From positions 26,786,001 through 26,850,000 of the forward strand of contig CM075988.1 in the NCBI GenBank assembly GCA_038087875.1: a stretch of DNA of 64,000 bases, read 5' to 3'. A program made the translations under genes and the position numbers. The notes under the pieces were generated by a model. It was not told the DNA's origin. It was given only the letters and a program-made list of their open reading frames with translations, and ran no database searches. Shown here piece after piece: positions 1-11,778 of this stretch (the first letter of the stretch is position 1; the number at the start of each line of letters is the position of its first letter). This DNA comes from Malacoraja senta. Taxonomy: Eukaryota.

Positions 1-155
1 CTGATTAGCCTACAAACCTGTACGTCTTTGGAGTGTGGGAGGAAACCGGAGCACCCGGAGAAAACCCACGCAGGTCACGGGGGAACGTTCAAACTCCGTA
101 CAGGCAGCACCCGTAGTCAGGATCCAACCTGGGTCTCTGGCGCTGTGAGGCAGCA
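1..155 (-). mobile_element. tRNA-derived SINE (HE1/V-SINE-like), partial
   Basis: Same family as 8480-8665, 16030-16292, 20502-20762, 37610-37897 and 47740-48015; tRNA-like head on the minus strand. Confidence 0.75.
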
Positions 156-1415
156 AATGGAATGAAACTGATGCACTCAGAGGTCTCAGGCATTTATAGA
201 GAATAAATGCAAACTGCACATAGGTGGCACCAGATGGAACTAGGGTGAGTGACTGTGAGGAAGCAACTCTACTAGCTGGTAGCTCGACCACGGGTCCTCA
301 TCAAAGAATGCCGGACACACCTGCAGGAATTTTTCTGTATTCTTTGTGGTGTTGACTGACTCAAGCCTCTCTGTAGTTTTCAACTACTTGCTTCCCCTCA
401 TTTCTCCATCCCTGGCAGTCAGGGTTATATTTCCCTTCATCTTCTCAATCTTGAATTTGCACAGTCAGTCATTTTTCTGCAACTTCCACCTCTGGAAAAA
501 GGTGAATCTTGCATTGATATTCTATTTCCTGACTGCAATGCCTCGATGTACATTGGAGTCGGGGAAGTTTATGTTAAGTGGAATCACTGGTATTAATGCA
601 AGATGCCCAACAGCAAAGCCGTGCTCCAATGAGTCTCCGCAGCAAAGATATGGTGTTTACTAGATTGCCTCATCCAGGGCCAAGGGTGAATGTTGTCCGG
701 GCTGCTACAGAATGTTCCAGCTATATAGAACAGTGTCACAGGGCCTCCCATGCCCACCTGATAGTGCACCAACTTTGGTTTCTTGCCCCATCCTGAAGAT
801 GCAGCATCCCTCAAACCGTACTCAACTGTCAGCCTGAATTGTCTGTTTAACTTCTTTGATCTGCAAAACAGCATAATTGTGAGACATCTCTGGAGGTGTA
901 ACTAAGTTCAAAGCTTTGTACAAACACTGTTGCCTGGAGGTGCCTGAATCAGTGGAAGTTTCCCCAGGTGACATTATTTGCATCTACATTGCATGCTTAT
1001 CTTGCTGAGCGCGCAGGTTGCCATTGGCTAAGGGATGCCAGGGGGTGGGGGGGGGGGGGCTTTTAGTCCATGGGACCGTCACTGTGTAAGAAGGAACTGC
1101 AGATGCTGGTTTAAACCGAAGCTAGACACAAAATGCTGGAGTAACTCGGTGGGACAGGCAGCGTCTCTGGAGAGAAGGAATGGGTGATGTTTCGGGTCGA
1201 GACCCTTTAGACCATCACTCCTGGGCCCAGCAAATACTAACACTCACCAGGCCTGCCCATTAGTGGGCAACCCTGAGACCCACAGCATTGACCACAATGC
1301 TGGCCCTCTGGGCTGGTACCAGTGTGGCACTCAATCATACTGCGCCCTCTGGCCAACAACAGCAGGGAAGCAGCATTTGGGATGATATTGAGATGTTTGA
1401 GTCCATCCATCAGGA

Positions 1416-1423
1416 GCACACAC

Positions 1424-1468
<45 letters not shown>
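1416..1468. repeat. (CA)n microsatellite
   Basis: Seen directly; another lies at 19777-19818 and an (AG)n at 42709-42730. Confidence 0.95.
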
Positions 1469-1470
<2 letters not shown>

Positions 1471-1995
1471 TCAGCAGTAGGAATGCACCACCTCAGAAAT
1501 CCCCACCCACCCACTTGCCTCAACACTATCACAGAGACATAGAACTAGAGGAACATTGGGAGTGGTGAAGAAAGATTGCAGTGCTGGTCAAGTCTGGAGT
1601 AGGCTCTCACCTCCATGTTCTCCAGGGATACTGCCTGACCTGCTGAGTGACTCCAGCACTTTGTGTGCAGTTGCTTGTTTCCACAGGTAAATGTTCCCTC
1701 AGGCAGAGCAGGAAATGGAGACAGGAAAGATTGGCTTACACAGTCATTTCCTGATTAGAAAATTGGTTGCTTTTTGTGGGAAATTACTTGCCTATACAAT
1801 TCAAAGAATTATATGCTTTGTTGATTTTTCAAGATGTTTCCATTTGCAATCACTACTGTGTGTCGCAAAAACCTTTTCTGTAAATAAAGAGAATCTTGCT
1901 ATTTAAGCAGCACATTGTCCCATTAAAGTAGGTTTATAAACATTGGTGCCAGCATTCTGTGGCATTCAGATGTAATGCTAGCCATTGGTTGGAGA

Positions 1996-2366
1996 CGGGC
2001 AGATGGGGCTCGTCAGCCTGGGAAGGCAGTCCATCTAGGAGAGGGAAAACTCTGATTTAAAACCTCCACTGCCTTGTGGCCACATCCAGTCATGGAAAAG
2101 GCTCCAGGAGTAAACCTCAAGAAAATCCAGAGTCGGAGCCCCTAAGGCAGTTCGTCGTTGTCTACAACCTTGCTCTGGCAGCTCCTGCGACGGCGCTGGT
2201 GCCAAACTGTAACGGCCCTGCTGTTCCTTTGGATCGATCAGCGACATGGAGAGGGGGGACGTGCTGCATGGGCAACAGCCTGTCCTCCATATGACATCGC
2301 CCAGGCTTGCATCCGACCAGGATGCATCACCCATGGTCAGTCATGACCGAGGGGAGCCTACTACTA
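1996..2366 (+). mobile_element. Short non-autonomous retroelement, probably RTE-related
   Basis: 9-bp TSD GGTTGGAGA (1987-1995 / 2367-2375), (CTA)3 tail; GGCAGTCCATCTAGGAGAGGGAAAACTCTGA resembles RTE-clade 5' UTRs (from memory). Confidence 0.55.
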
Positions 2367-3039
2367 GGTTGGAGAGGTAGTGTCTGATGATGGGTGTAGA
2401 AGTCATGACCTTGCCGTGATTTCCTGCATTTCCATTTGTGTTACAAGATCGCTAATAATCATCTGAAAGGCTGGCAGGGCATTAACGCCTATACTGATGG
2501 AACCTTCCATCACTTGTTAATTGTGTATCTTTACCCAGTAACTGTGACATGCATGTAAAGAGTTGCTGTAATATTCACACAAACGCTTGAACTATGAGTA
2601 TAGCTCACTGCATGACACAGCTGCTAACCCTCCACCCATCCACTCAACTACGCATTCTTTCCAAACCGACTGATAGCTCCAGGGATGATGTACTGGCCTT
2701 ATTTATAGTGGGCGAGGAATGTATTTTCTCATATGTTATCTGTTATTATAATGCAATGGATAATACTGAATAAGATGACATTGCTGATAAACTGCAACAT
2801 CTTACATGGGCCTGCCTGCTTCCGTAGCCCTGTTATATTGCATGCTGGTTTTGCCATTGTTTGCAATTGGCTTCTTTTATATAAAACTCTTAGTGTTTCA
2901 AGAAACACAACAAAATTATCAACAAAATACTAACAGGATGATTTGGACGTGTAGTGTAATGGAGGACTTTGTAAAACGTGGATGTTGCTTCGATGATTCA
3001 TCTCCTGTGACAGTGTTGGTTTGACCCACTTCATTGTCC

Positions 3040-3220
3040 ACGCCAAGCCGGCCTTCAGTTGATCGGCTTCTGATGGAAGCAAACTCATTTTGTCCGGACT
3101 GGGAAGGCACGCTTCCTTGGGCGGGCATCAGTGGACTACAGTAGAACTCTGATTGGGCACCGAGTGGACCTGCACCCAGTGGACCTGCACCCAGTGGACC
3201 AGCGTCCGGCTCCCCCGTTA
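3040..3220 (+). promoter_or_regulatory. Candidate USP28 promoter / first-exon region
   Basis: Local CpG enrichment, GGGCGG, reverse CCAAT (GATTGG), ACTACA motif, gttagt donor-like site at 3217, followed by a G-rich repeat. Confidence 0.35.
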
Positions 3221-3545
3221 GTCGGGGTGAGGGTCGGGGTTGGGGTCGGGGTCACGGTCGGGGTGAGTGTGGGGGTCGAGGTGAGTGTGGGGGTGGGGGT
3301 CGAGGTGAGTGTGGGGGTGGGGGTCGGGGTGAGGGTCGGGGTGAGGGTCGGGGTGGGGGTCAGGGTGAGGGTCAGGGTTGGGGTGAGTGGGGGTCGGGGT
3401 CAGGGTCGGGGTGAGTGTGGGGGTCGAGGTGAGTGTGGGGGTGGGGGTCGGGGTCGGGGTCGGGGTGAGGGTCGGGGTGGGGGTCAGGGTGAGGGTCAGG
3501 GTCGGGGTGAGGGTCAGGGTCAGGGTCGGGGTGAGTGGGGGTCAG
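3221..3545 (+). repeat. G-rich hexamer-type minisatellite (GGGGTC/GAGGGT variants)
   Basis: Seen directly in the sequence. Confidence 0.95.
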
Positions 3546-4389
3546 CGTCATGGTGTGTGGATGGAGGTGAGGAGTCCACGGTGCAGCTGGTTCCAGACAG
3601 CCGCTGGGTGTTACCGGAGCTGGGGTTGGGGTTGTTTGTGTTTACATTAGTTTAGCGATACAGGGTGCAGACAAGTCCTTTGATGGAGGTGAAGAGGAGT
3701 CCACCCTGACCGGCGATCGCCCCGCCCGCCCGCACACTAGTGCTATCCCACATACTAGGCACAATTTACAGCGCCAGGTAACCTAGCAACCCAGGGTACG
3801 ATGTGTGTGACAGCACATGAAACAACGGGGTTTTTTGGGGAATAATTTTCTGAAGAAGCCACTAAATAGATTATTGTTACATTTCCTACGAAGAAATATT
3901 CAGAACAGATTTCCTTGTGTGACATGTCATGTGAGAAGTGGAATGAGAAACAGAAATGGCATTTGTGACCCTGCTGAAAATACATCTCTTGCGGGCCATG
4001 TGTCCGTCAGCAGTCGCTCCTTGTATGTCAGGCAGCACAAGTAAACAGACTTCTGCGGCTTTACTTAGCTTCTGATGCACTGCTGTAGCAATGTTGTACT
4101 TCACGTATCTATCCGCGTGAAGGGATGTGGTGCTTGATCAATGACCTGTCTTTCATTGTCGATTTAGCAAAAGTATTCCTGTACATTGGGCATAATCCTC
4201 AACAAAAACCTCACCAAGTTGAATCTTGGAGATTGTGCTAATTCGGGGGAACTTGTTGCTTCTGAATGTAATCTCCGGCCCTCCCTGCCCTCCCCACAGT
4301 CCTTGCCCCCTGTCCTTGATAGTTACCTACCTGCCTTAGCATGATCTTTGCTCAGTTAAACTTAGCCAGTGTGCGGTATTCCATGCATT

Positions 4390-4481
4390 GTGTCCAGTGT
4401 GTAGCGTTTGTGGCGTGTCCAGTGTGTGGCGTGTCCAGTGTGGCGTGTCCAGTGTGTGGCGTGTCCAGTGTGTCATGTCCA
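4390..4481. repeat. Short minisatellite (GTGTCCAGTGTGTGGC)
   Basis: Seen directly in the sequence. Confidence 0.85.
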
Positions 4482-5121
4482 GCACATGTTTATCACAGAG
4501 GAACTCCTTAAACTGCAGTCTCTCCCAGATTCCAAGTGACTGACAGTGACATCTTTGGTCTAAATATTGATGCGATCTCTGGGACTTCCCTATTAAATAT
4601 CGACACACTCTCTAAATATCAACACAACTCCAGGGCTTCCCTTTAAATATTTCCTCATTCCTGGCCACTTCCTGAAGGAAGTGCACACTCTGGGCCGTCC
4701 CTTGTATTGACGCAATCTCTGGAGATCCCCTTTAAATATCGATACAGTCCCCATGCACACCTGATCATATATTGATGCACTTGTATGGACCTCTATTGGA
4801 ATCCCATCCCTCATTCAGAGCAGTTCCTTGTGGACATTTTCCCTCCATGTCTGAGTGCCTTCACTCCTGCATTATGAAGGTGCTTGACGCATGGAAAGGT
4901 ATTCCTTTCCCCTCCCTGCTGCTGGGACCAGCTGTCTGCACGGCAGTGGCTGGGAGCAATGGCAGTAGAGGCAGGCAAGCTCCAGCCTGCCTGTAAATGG
5001 TGCAGCAACAACATTGAGCCCTGATGTCTATTAATGATACATCTTCCTGAATGTTGCTCACAATACTTTACCACATGATGCTGTGTTAAGCAAATTAAAA
5101 TAAAGTTTCATTTGTAAAGTG

Positions 5122-5417
5122 ATAGAGATAGAAGCAGAATTAGGCCATTCGGCCCACCAGGTCTACTCTGCAATTCAATCATGGCTGATCTATCTCTCCC
5201 TCTTAACCCCATTCTCCTGCCTTCTCCCCATAACCCCCGACACCAGTACTAATCAAGAATCTATCTATCTCTGCCTTAAAAATATCCATTGACTTGGCCT
5301 CCACAGCTGTCTGTGGCAATGAATTCCACAGATTCACCATCCTCTGACTAAAGAAATCCCATCTCTTCTCCTTCCTAAAGGAACGTCCTTTAATCCTGAG
5401 GCTGTGACCTCTGATCA
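5122..5417 (-). mobile_element. CR1/HER1-type LINE 3' end
   Basis: RGHSLRIKG...FFSQRMVNLWNSLP. Confidence 0.85.
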
Positions 5418-6000
5418 TAGTTCCTATTTCTAGAGTACAGCATAGAAACAGATCCTTGGGTCCATGGATTCCTACAGCCCCTTCCTCTCTTCACCAGCCT
5501 TATCTATTCTCCACTTCATCCGTTCCCTTTCGACATTTCTATGTCAATACCCTCAGCTGTTACTCGAGGCATGTTCCACCCGTTAAGCAAACTGGGTAAA
5601 AAAGTTTCCTCAAGTATCACTTTGTGACAAAGGATTTCCTCGAGTGAATTACTCTGATGTGCAGAGTGGCCACTAATATCACTCGGCCCGTGCTAATCTG
5701 CCAACTCGGGGCTATGACAATGTCAGACTAGCAGGTTGACCACAGGTAGGATGCTTATTCTATTAATACCCCACTTGTAATTGGTTTTGTTTCCATGCAT
5801 TATAATTTCCCAGTGTTTGACATTTTCCAATGAGCCGGAGTGTGTAAACGTGAGGCTGTGGTGAGTGGGAAGGGAGCGCGGCCACGGAACCTGGACAACC
5901 TGATCCCGCTGTCGGGATTACTGAATGATTGGACAGTGGATGATCAATGTTACTGTGTGTTGGCATTGAGTGTTAAAGCAACCCAGGGTCAGTCTGAAGT

Positions 6001-6028
6001 CTGAGGAAGGGTCTCGACCCGAAACGTC
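6001..6028 (+). ncRNA. Minimal hammerhead ribozyme-like core in a Penelope terminal repeat
   Basis: CTGAGGA-A-GGGTC(TC)GACCC-GAAAC-GTC: CUGANGA and GAAA boxes, stem II and a GUC site. Confidence 0.6.
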
Positions 6029-6280
6029 ACCCATTCCTTCTCTCCAGAGATGCTGCCTGTCCCACTGAGTTCCCAGCATTTTGTGTCTATCTTCGGTGTA
6101 AACCAGCACCTGCAGTTCCTTCCCACACATCAGTATTTCCTCCTGGGCAAAGACCAGGGTTCTACTGCGGCTCGATTGTAATCATTTATGTACAGTCTTG
6201 CCACCGACTGGATAGCTCACACAAATAAGCTTTTCACTGTACCTCGGTACACGAGACAATTATAAAGGAAAGGAGAGGTC

Positions 6281-7200
6281 ACTCTATACTCATGACTGCG
6301 TAGCCGGACATAGTGCGAACTCCATCATCAAGTTCGCTGATGACACCACTGTTGTGGGACTTATCACTGATGGGGATGAGTCAGAGTATAGAAGAGAGAT
6401 CGAGCAACTGTCCATATGGTGCCAGCACAACAACCTGGCCCTCAACGCCAGCAAAACCAAGGAACTGATTGTGGACTTTGGAAGGAGTAGGATGGGGACC
6501 CACAGTCCCGTTTATATCAACGGGTCGATGGCTGAAAGGGTCAAGAGCTTCAAATTCCTGGGCGTGCACATCTCTGAAGATCTTTCCTGGTCCGAGAACA
6601 ATGATGCCATTATTAAGAAAGCACATCAGCGCCTCTACTTCCTGAGAAGATTACGGAGAGTCGGTTTGTCAAGGAGGACTCTCTCTAACTTCTACAGGTG
6701 CACAGTAGAGAGCATGCTGACCAGTTGCATCGTGGCTTGGTTTGGCAACTTGAGTGCCCTGGAGAGGAAAAGACTACAAAAAGTAGTAAACACTGCCCAG
6801 TCCATCATCGGCTCTGACCTCCCTTCCATCGAGGGGATCTACCACAGTCGCTGCCTCAAAAAGGCTGGCAGCATCATCAAGGACCCACACCATCCTGGCC
6901 ACACACTCATCTCCCTACTACCTTCAGGTAGAAGGTACAGGAGCCTGAAGACTGCAACGACCAGGTTCAGGAACAGCTACTTCCCCACAGCCATCAGGCT
7001 ATTAAACCTGGCTCGGACATAACACTGAACTTTACTAGCCAATACTGTTATTTGCACTTTATCAGTATATTGACAATTGTGTATATATTTATAGAATGCC
7101 TTGTAGTAAATGCCTACTATGTTCTGTTGTGCTCAAGCAAAGCAAGAATTTCATTGTCCTACCAGGGACACATGACAATAAACTCACTTGACTTGACTTG
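6281..7200 (+). mobile_element. Rex1/Babar-type LINE, 5'-truncated RT C-terminus
   Basis: IIKFADDTTVVG, ORF 6354-7022 ending FRNSYFPTAIRLLN, (GACTT)n tail. Confidence 0.9.
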
Positions 7201-7525
7201 AGGTCTCCTTCGTGATCTGATGTACTTTGTGAAGGAAACCATCCAAAGTTCTATTAAATGGTTTAGCCAGTGTCTATGTAGAAAGATAAGCAATCCAGGA
7301 AGCATAATTTAAATTGAAGGGAAGTCTAGGAGCCCTCTCTTTGCTCATTAGAAAACCAATAGACACACTGTATACAATAGATTTTTGCGCTCACTTTGTG
7401 TCTGTGGAGTGAATTTCAGATTCAGTACATAACATCATTCACCTTTATCTTCAGGCAGACACAAGGAAATGGGGTGCTTAGACATGGGTTAATTGGACCA
7501 TCCAATGTAGTTAGTAACAAATTGA

Positions 7526-8170
7526 AGGTAGACACAAAATGCTGGAGTAACTCAGCGGGACAGGCAGCATCTCTGGAGAGAAGGAATGGGCGACGTTTCG
7601 GGTCGAGACCCTTCTTCAGACTGATGTCAGGGGCGGTACAAATATAGAATGTAGACAGAGACAGTAAGACTAGTGGGAGAAATGGGAAGGGGGGGGGGGT
7701 GATGGAGAGAGAGAAAGAAAGGGCTACCTGAAGTTAGAGAAGTCAATGTTCATACCACTGGGGTGTAAACTACCCAAGTGAAATATGAGGTGCTGTTCCT
7801 CCAATTTGCGCTGGGCCTCACTCTGACAATGGAGGAGGCCCAGGACAGAAAGATCAGATTGGGAATGGGAGGGGGAGTTGAAGTGCTGGGCACCGGGAGA
7901 TCAGCTTGGTTAAGATGGACTGAGCGGAGGTGTTTAGTGAAACGATCACCGAGCCTGCGCTTGGTCTCGCCGATGTGGAGAAGTTGACACCTGGAACAGC
8001 GGATACAGTAGATGAGGTTGGAGGAGGTGCAAGTGAACCTCTGCCGCACCGGAAAGACTGTTTGGGTCGGATGAAGTCGAGGGGGGAGGTAAAGGGACAG
8101 GTGTAGCATCTCCTGTGGTTGCAGGGGAAAGTACTTGGGAGGGGGTGGTTTGGGTGGGTAGGGACGAGTT
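7526..8170 (-). mobile_element. Penelope-like element fragment (GIY-YIG endonuclease plus terminal repeat)
   Basis: FTCTSSNLIYCIRCSRCQLLHIGETKRRLGDRF; hammerhead-like core on the minus strand near 7592-7622. Confidence 0.85.
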
Positions 8171-8840
8171 GAAAAGTAACAAATCGATTGTTTTGGACTA
8201 TGGTTTATATTTTTAGACGAAGTAATTGTATGAAAAATTACAACTTGTTCTGGATGTTGTGTTTATTGTCAAATGTACCGAGGTTCAGTGAACATCAGGA
8301 AGTTGTCCCAAGCTTGTTGTCCCTACCCTGACCAATCACACAGGTCTTGGCCCCACAACCCCTGGCTGTGGACAACGTCAACGTGTAGTCTGATGCTCAG
8401 CTCCCTTTCCATGGAGGGTGGTGCAGGTGCAAAGGCATCTTTCACTCAGCGTTACACTCCAGAAGCCCCAATCCTGCACACCAGGGGGAAATTAACTGGC
8501 TAATTAAAACATCAACCTGCACATCTTTGGGATCTAGGGAGAAACTAGAGCACCCAGATGAAACCTAAATGGTCATGGAGAGAATGTACAAATTCCACAC
8601 AGACAGCACCCAAGGTCAGGATTAAACCCGGGTCTCTGGCACTGTGAGGCAGTGACTCCACTAACTGTTTATAGCATCTGATTACAGAGGTTTTGGCCTG
8701 CTATGTGTCATAACGTCTTCTGATATTCGACTACTAATCCAGTTCATTGGCTTTGGGAAGTACATGGGCAACATCTTCAGAGCACCAAAACGCATCATCT
8801 GATTCCACTGCCTTACATTCCTTTCTCTTCTTTTTCCCAG

Positions 8841-8918
8841 AACAGTTGCTTAATCATCAGCCAGCTGAGGGAGATCACGGGAGTCCATGACAATCAGCTG
8901 CTGCAGAAGGCCCTCCAG
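8841..8918 (+). CDS. USP28: USP28 coding exon 2 (UBA region, NSCLIISQLREITGVHDNQLLQKALQ)
   Basis: Polypyrimidine-cag acceptor, gtcagt donor, 78 nt, phase 0-0; resembles recalled human CQMLLNQLREITGIQDPSFLHEALK. Confidence 0.9.
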
Positions 8919-9344
8919 GTCAGTGTTCCTCTCCCTGCTGCAGAAGCCACAAGCCATGTTGGACAGTGTTGGAGTCTGAAGTGATTCATCTCATCTCAAT
9001 TCCCCAACCCTCTCTCCTACACCACCCCCTGCTGCCTGAATTCTCAGCCACTTTCCCTGACAGTTAATTAGTCTACATAGATAATGGAGGGTCTGCACAT
9101 GTACCCCGTGGGAGTGAGAAGGTTCAGTTTCTGTGGATCCAGATCAACATAAACCAAGCGTGTTGGAGTTTGCAGTTTTCTGGGGCATCCTTTCATAGCT
9201 ACTCTTCAAGGCAGAATGTGTTAACAATGTGATCAGGTGTTCCTGCAAGGTCCAATCCTATTCAGGACAATTAATTCTGTGCTAATGTCAATCACATGTA
9301 GCTGCAAGTCAATGGATATTTGTATGGCAGAGATAGATTCTTGA

Positions 9345-10245
9345 CGAGTCAAGAGAGTTTTATTGTCATGTGTCCCAGATAGGGCAATGAAATTCTTACT
9401 TGCTGCAGCACAACAGAATATGTAAACAGAATACAGAACAGGAGATAAAAGTTCAGTGTGTCTATAGACCATAGACCATATATATACACAATAAATAAAC
9501 AGATATAGGGCAATAATAATAATAGACTGTTATTGTTCAGAGCTTATTTGAACTTGTGTTTAATAGCCTGATGGCTGTGGGGAAGAAGCTGTTCCTGAAC
9601 CTGGATGTTACAGTTCTCAGGCTCCTGTACCTTCTTCCTGATGGCAGCGGAGAGATGAATGTGTGACCAGGATGGTGTGGGTCCTTGATGATGCTGGCTG
9701 CCTTTTTGAGGCAGCGACTACGATAGATCCCTTCGATGGTGGGGAGGTCGGAGCCGGTGATGGACTGGGCAGTGGTCACAACTTTTTGAAATCTTTTCCG
9801 CTCCTGGACGTTCAAGTTGCCGAACCAAGCCACGATGCAACCAGTCAGCATACTCTCTACTGTGCACCTGTAGAAGTTCGAGAGAGTCCTCCTTGACAAA
9901 CCGACTCTCTGTAATCTTCTCAGGATGTAGAGGCGCTGATGTGCTTTCTTTATAATTGCATCAGTGTTCTGGGTCCAGGAAAGATCGTCGGAAATGTGCA
10001 CGGCCAGGAATTTGAAGTTCTTAACCCTTTTCACCATAGACCCGTTGATATAAACGGGACTGTGGGTCCCCATCCTACCCCTTCCGAAGTCCACAATCAG
10101 TTCCTTGGTTTTGCTGGTGTTGAGAGCCAGGTTGTTGTGCTGGCACCATTTGGTCAATCGGTCGATCTCACTTCTGTACTCTGACTCTTCACCATCTGTG
10201 ATTCGTCCCACAACAGTGGTGTCGTCGGCGAACTTGATGATGGAG
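9345..10245 (-). mobile_element. Rex1/Babar-type LINE fragment
   Basis: ORF 9537-10268 with IIKFADDTTVVG...FRNSFFPTAIRLLN. Confidence 0.9.
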
Positions 10246-10961
10246 TGAAACCTGGGCGATAAGACCACAGCTAACTCATGGCCCCTTGTGGCAGACGCTC
10301 AAAACTGCAGCCATTGTATTGCGTCAGCTCGGAGAGAACTCCATCAAAGTTTCTAAAACACTTCAAGTAGAACAAAGCGCTTTTAAATCCTTCGGCATTC
10401 TGGCATTGAACTTGTAATTGCAACAGCAGTATTTTAAAAAATAGATAATAACCTAGATGAAGCATTAGTTAACAATGGAGGCATTCATAAAGAAATCCCA
10501 TAAATGCCTCTGCCCGGTCCATCACAGGTACTCACCTCCCACCATCGAAGGTCCATCACAGGTACTCACCTCCCACCACCGAAGGGATCTATTGGAGGTG
10601 CAGCCTCAACAAGGTTTTCTCCGGGTGCTCTGGTTTCATCCCACATTCCAAAGACACACAGGTTTGTAGGTTAATTGGTTTCTGTAAATTGTCCCTAGTG
10701 TGCGTAGAATACTGTTGGTACACGGGTGATTGATGGTCGGGGTGGGCTGAAGGGCCTTTTTCCATGCTTTATCTCTTAACTAAACTAAACTAAACAAGGC
10801 CTGAGTAATTCCCTGTCTAATGGGAAATACAGGAATTGAAACAGTTATACACCTGTAGATGACTTTGTGAAACCAGGTGTAGAAGCAGGTGTTGGTGCCG
10901 TGAATCCCTGGGAATTTTAAGTACACCTGTCGGCATTTCCTGTTTTTTTTTTCTTCTGAAG

Positions 10962-11417
10962 TTCATAAGTTGTAGGAGCAGAATTAGGCCATTCGACCCA
11001 TCAAGTATACTCTGCCATTCAATCATGGCTGACCTATCTTTTTCTCAAACCCCCATTCTCCTGCCTTCTCCCCATAACCCCTGACACCCGCACCAATCAG
11101 GTATCTGTCAAATACCCACTGACTTGGACCCACAGCCGTCTGTGGCAATGAATTCCAAAGATTCACCACAATCTGACTAAAGAAATCCCTTCTCATCTCC
11201 TTCCTAAAGGTACGTCCTTTTATTCTGAGGCTGTGCCTTCTGGTCCTAGACTCTCCCACTAGTGGAAACATCCTCTCCACATCCACTCTATCCAGGCTTT
11301 TCACTATTCGATGTTTCAATCAGATCCCCCCCCTCATCTTTCTAAACTCCAGCGAGTACAGGCGCAGTGTCGTCCAATGCTCATCATATGTCAACCCACT
11401 CATCCCTGGGATCATAT
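10962..11417 (-). mobile_element. CR1/HER1-type LINE 3' end
   Basis: RMFPLVGESRTRRHSLRIKG...VVNLWNSLP. Confidence 0.85.
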
Positions 11418-11493
11418 TGAAGTATTGATCACGTGCGTGCTAACTTGCTGCTGTAATCTTTAACATGGTTACTACCTGCCCCGTCTATTGCAG

Positions 11494-11626
11494 ATCAGCG
11501 GTGGTGACATCAATCAGGCAGTGAGCTTCCTCACTGGTGAAAGTGCCAGGGAACCAGATGATGGAGCGTCAGCCAATGAAGCCGAGAGTGAGAGTAGCGG
11601 AGCCACAGATAACCAGTCACGGGGCA
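11494..11626 (+). CDS. USP28: USP28 exon 3 (ISGGDINQAVSFLTGE...)
   Basis: cag/gtaagt boundaries, 133 nt; resembles ASNGDITQAVSLLT. Confidence 0.92.
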
Positions 11627-11778
11627 GTAAGTATTTATGCCAGACGTTTGCAAGTTGGATAATGCCGTGGGACCGCCGTGAATCACGACTTAACCAATAC
11701 AAACTCCATACACATCCTTGAGGGGCAAGGCTTGCAATTGCTACTCAGGTGCATTTAAACAAATTTCACAGGAGAAAA

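Noticed and set aside
3131..3655. 174-aa Gly/Val-rich ORF
   Set aside because: Translation of the G-rich minisatellite, which is open in several frames
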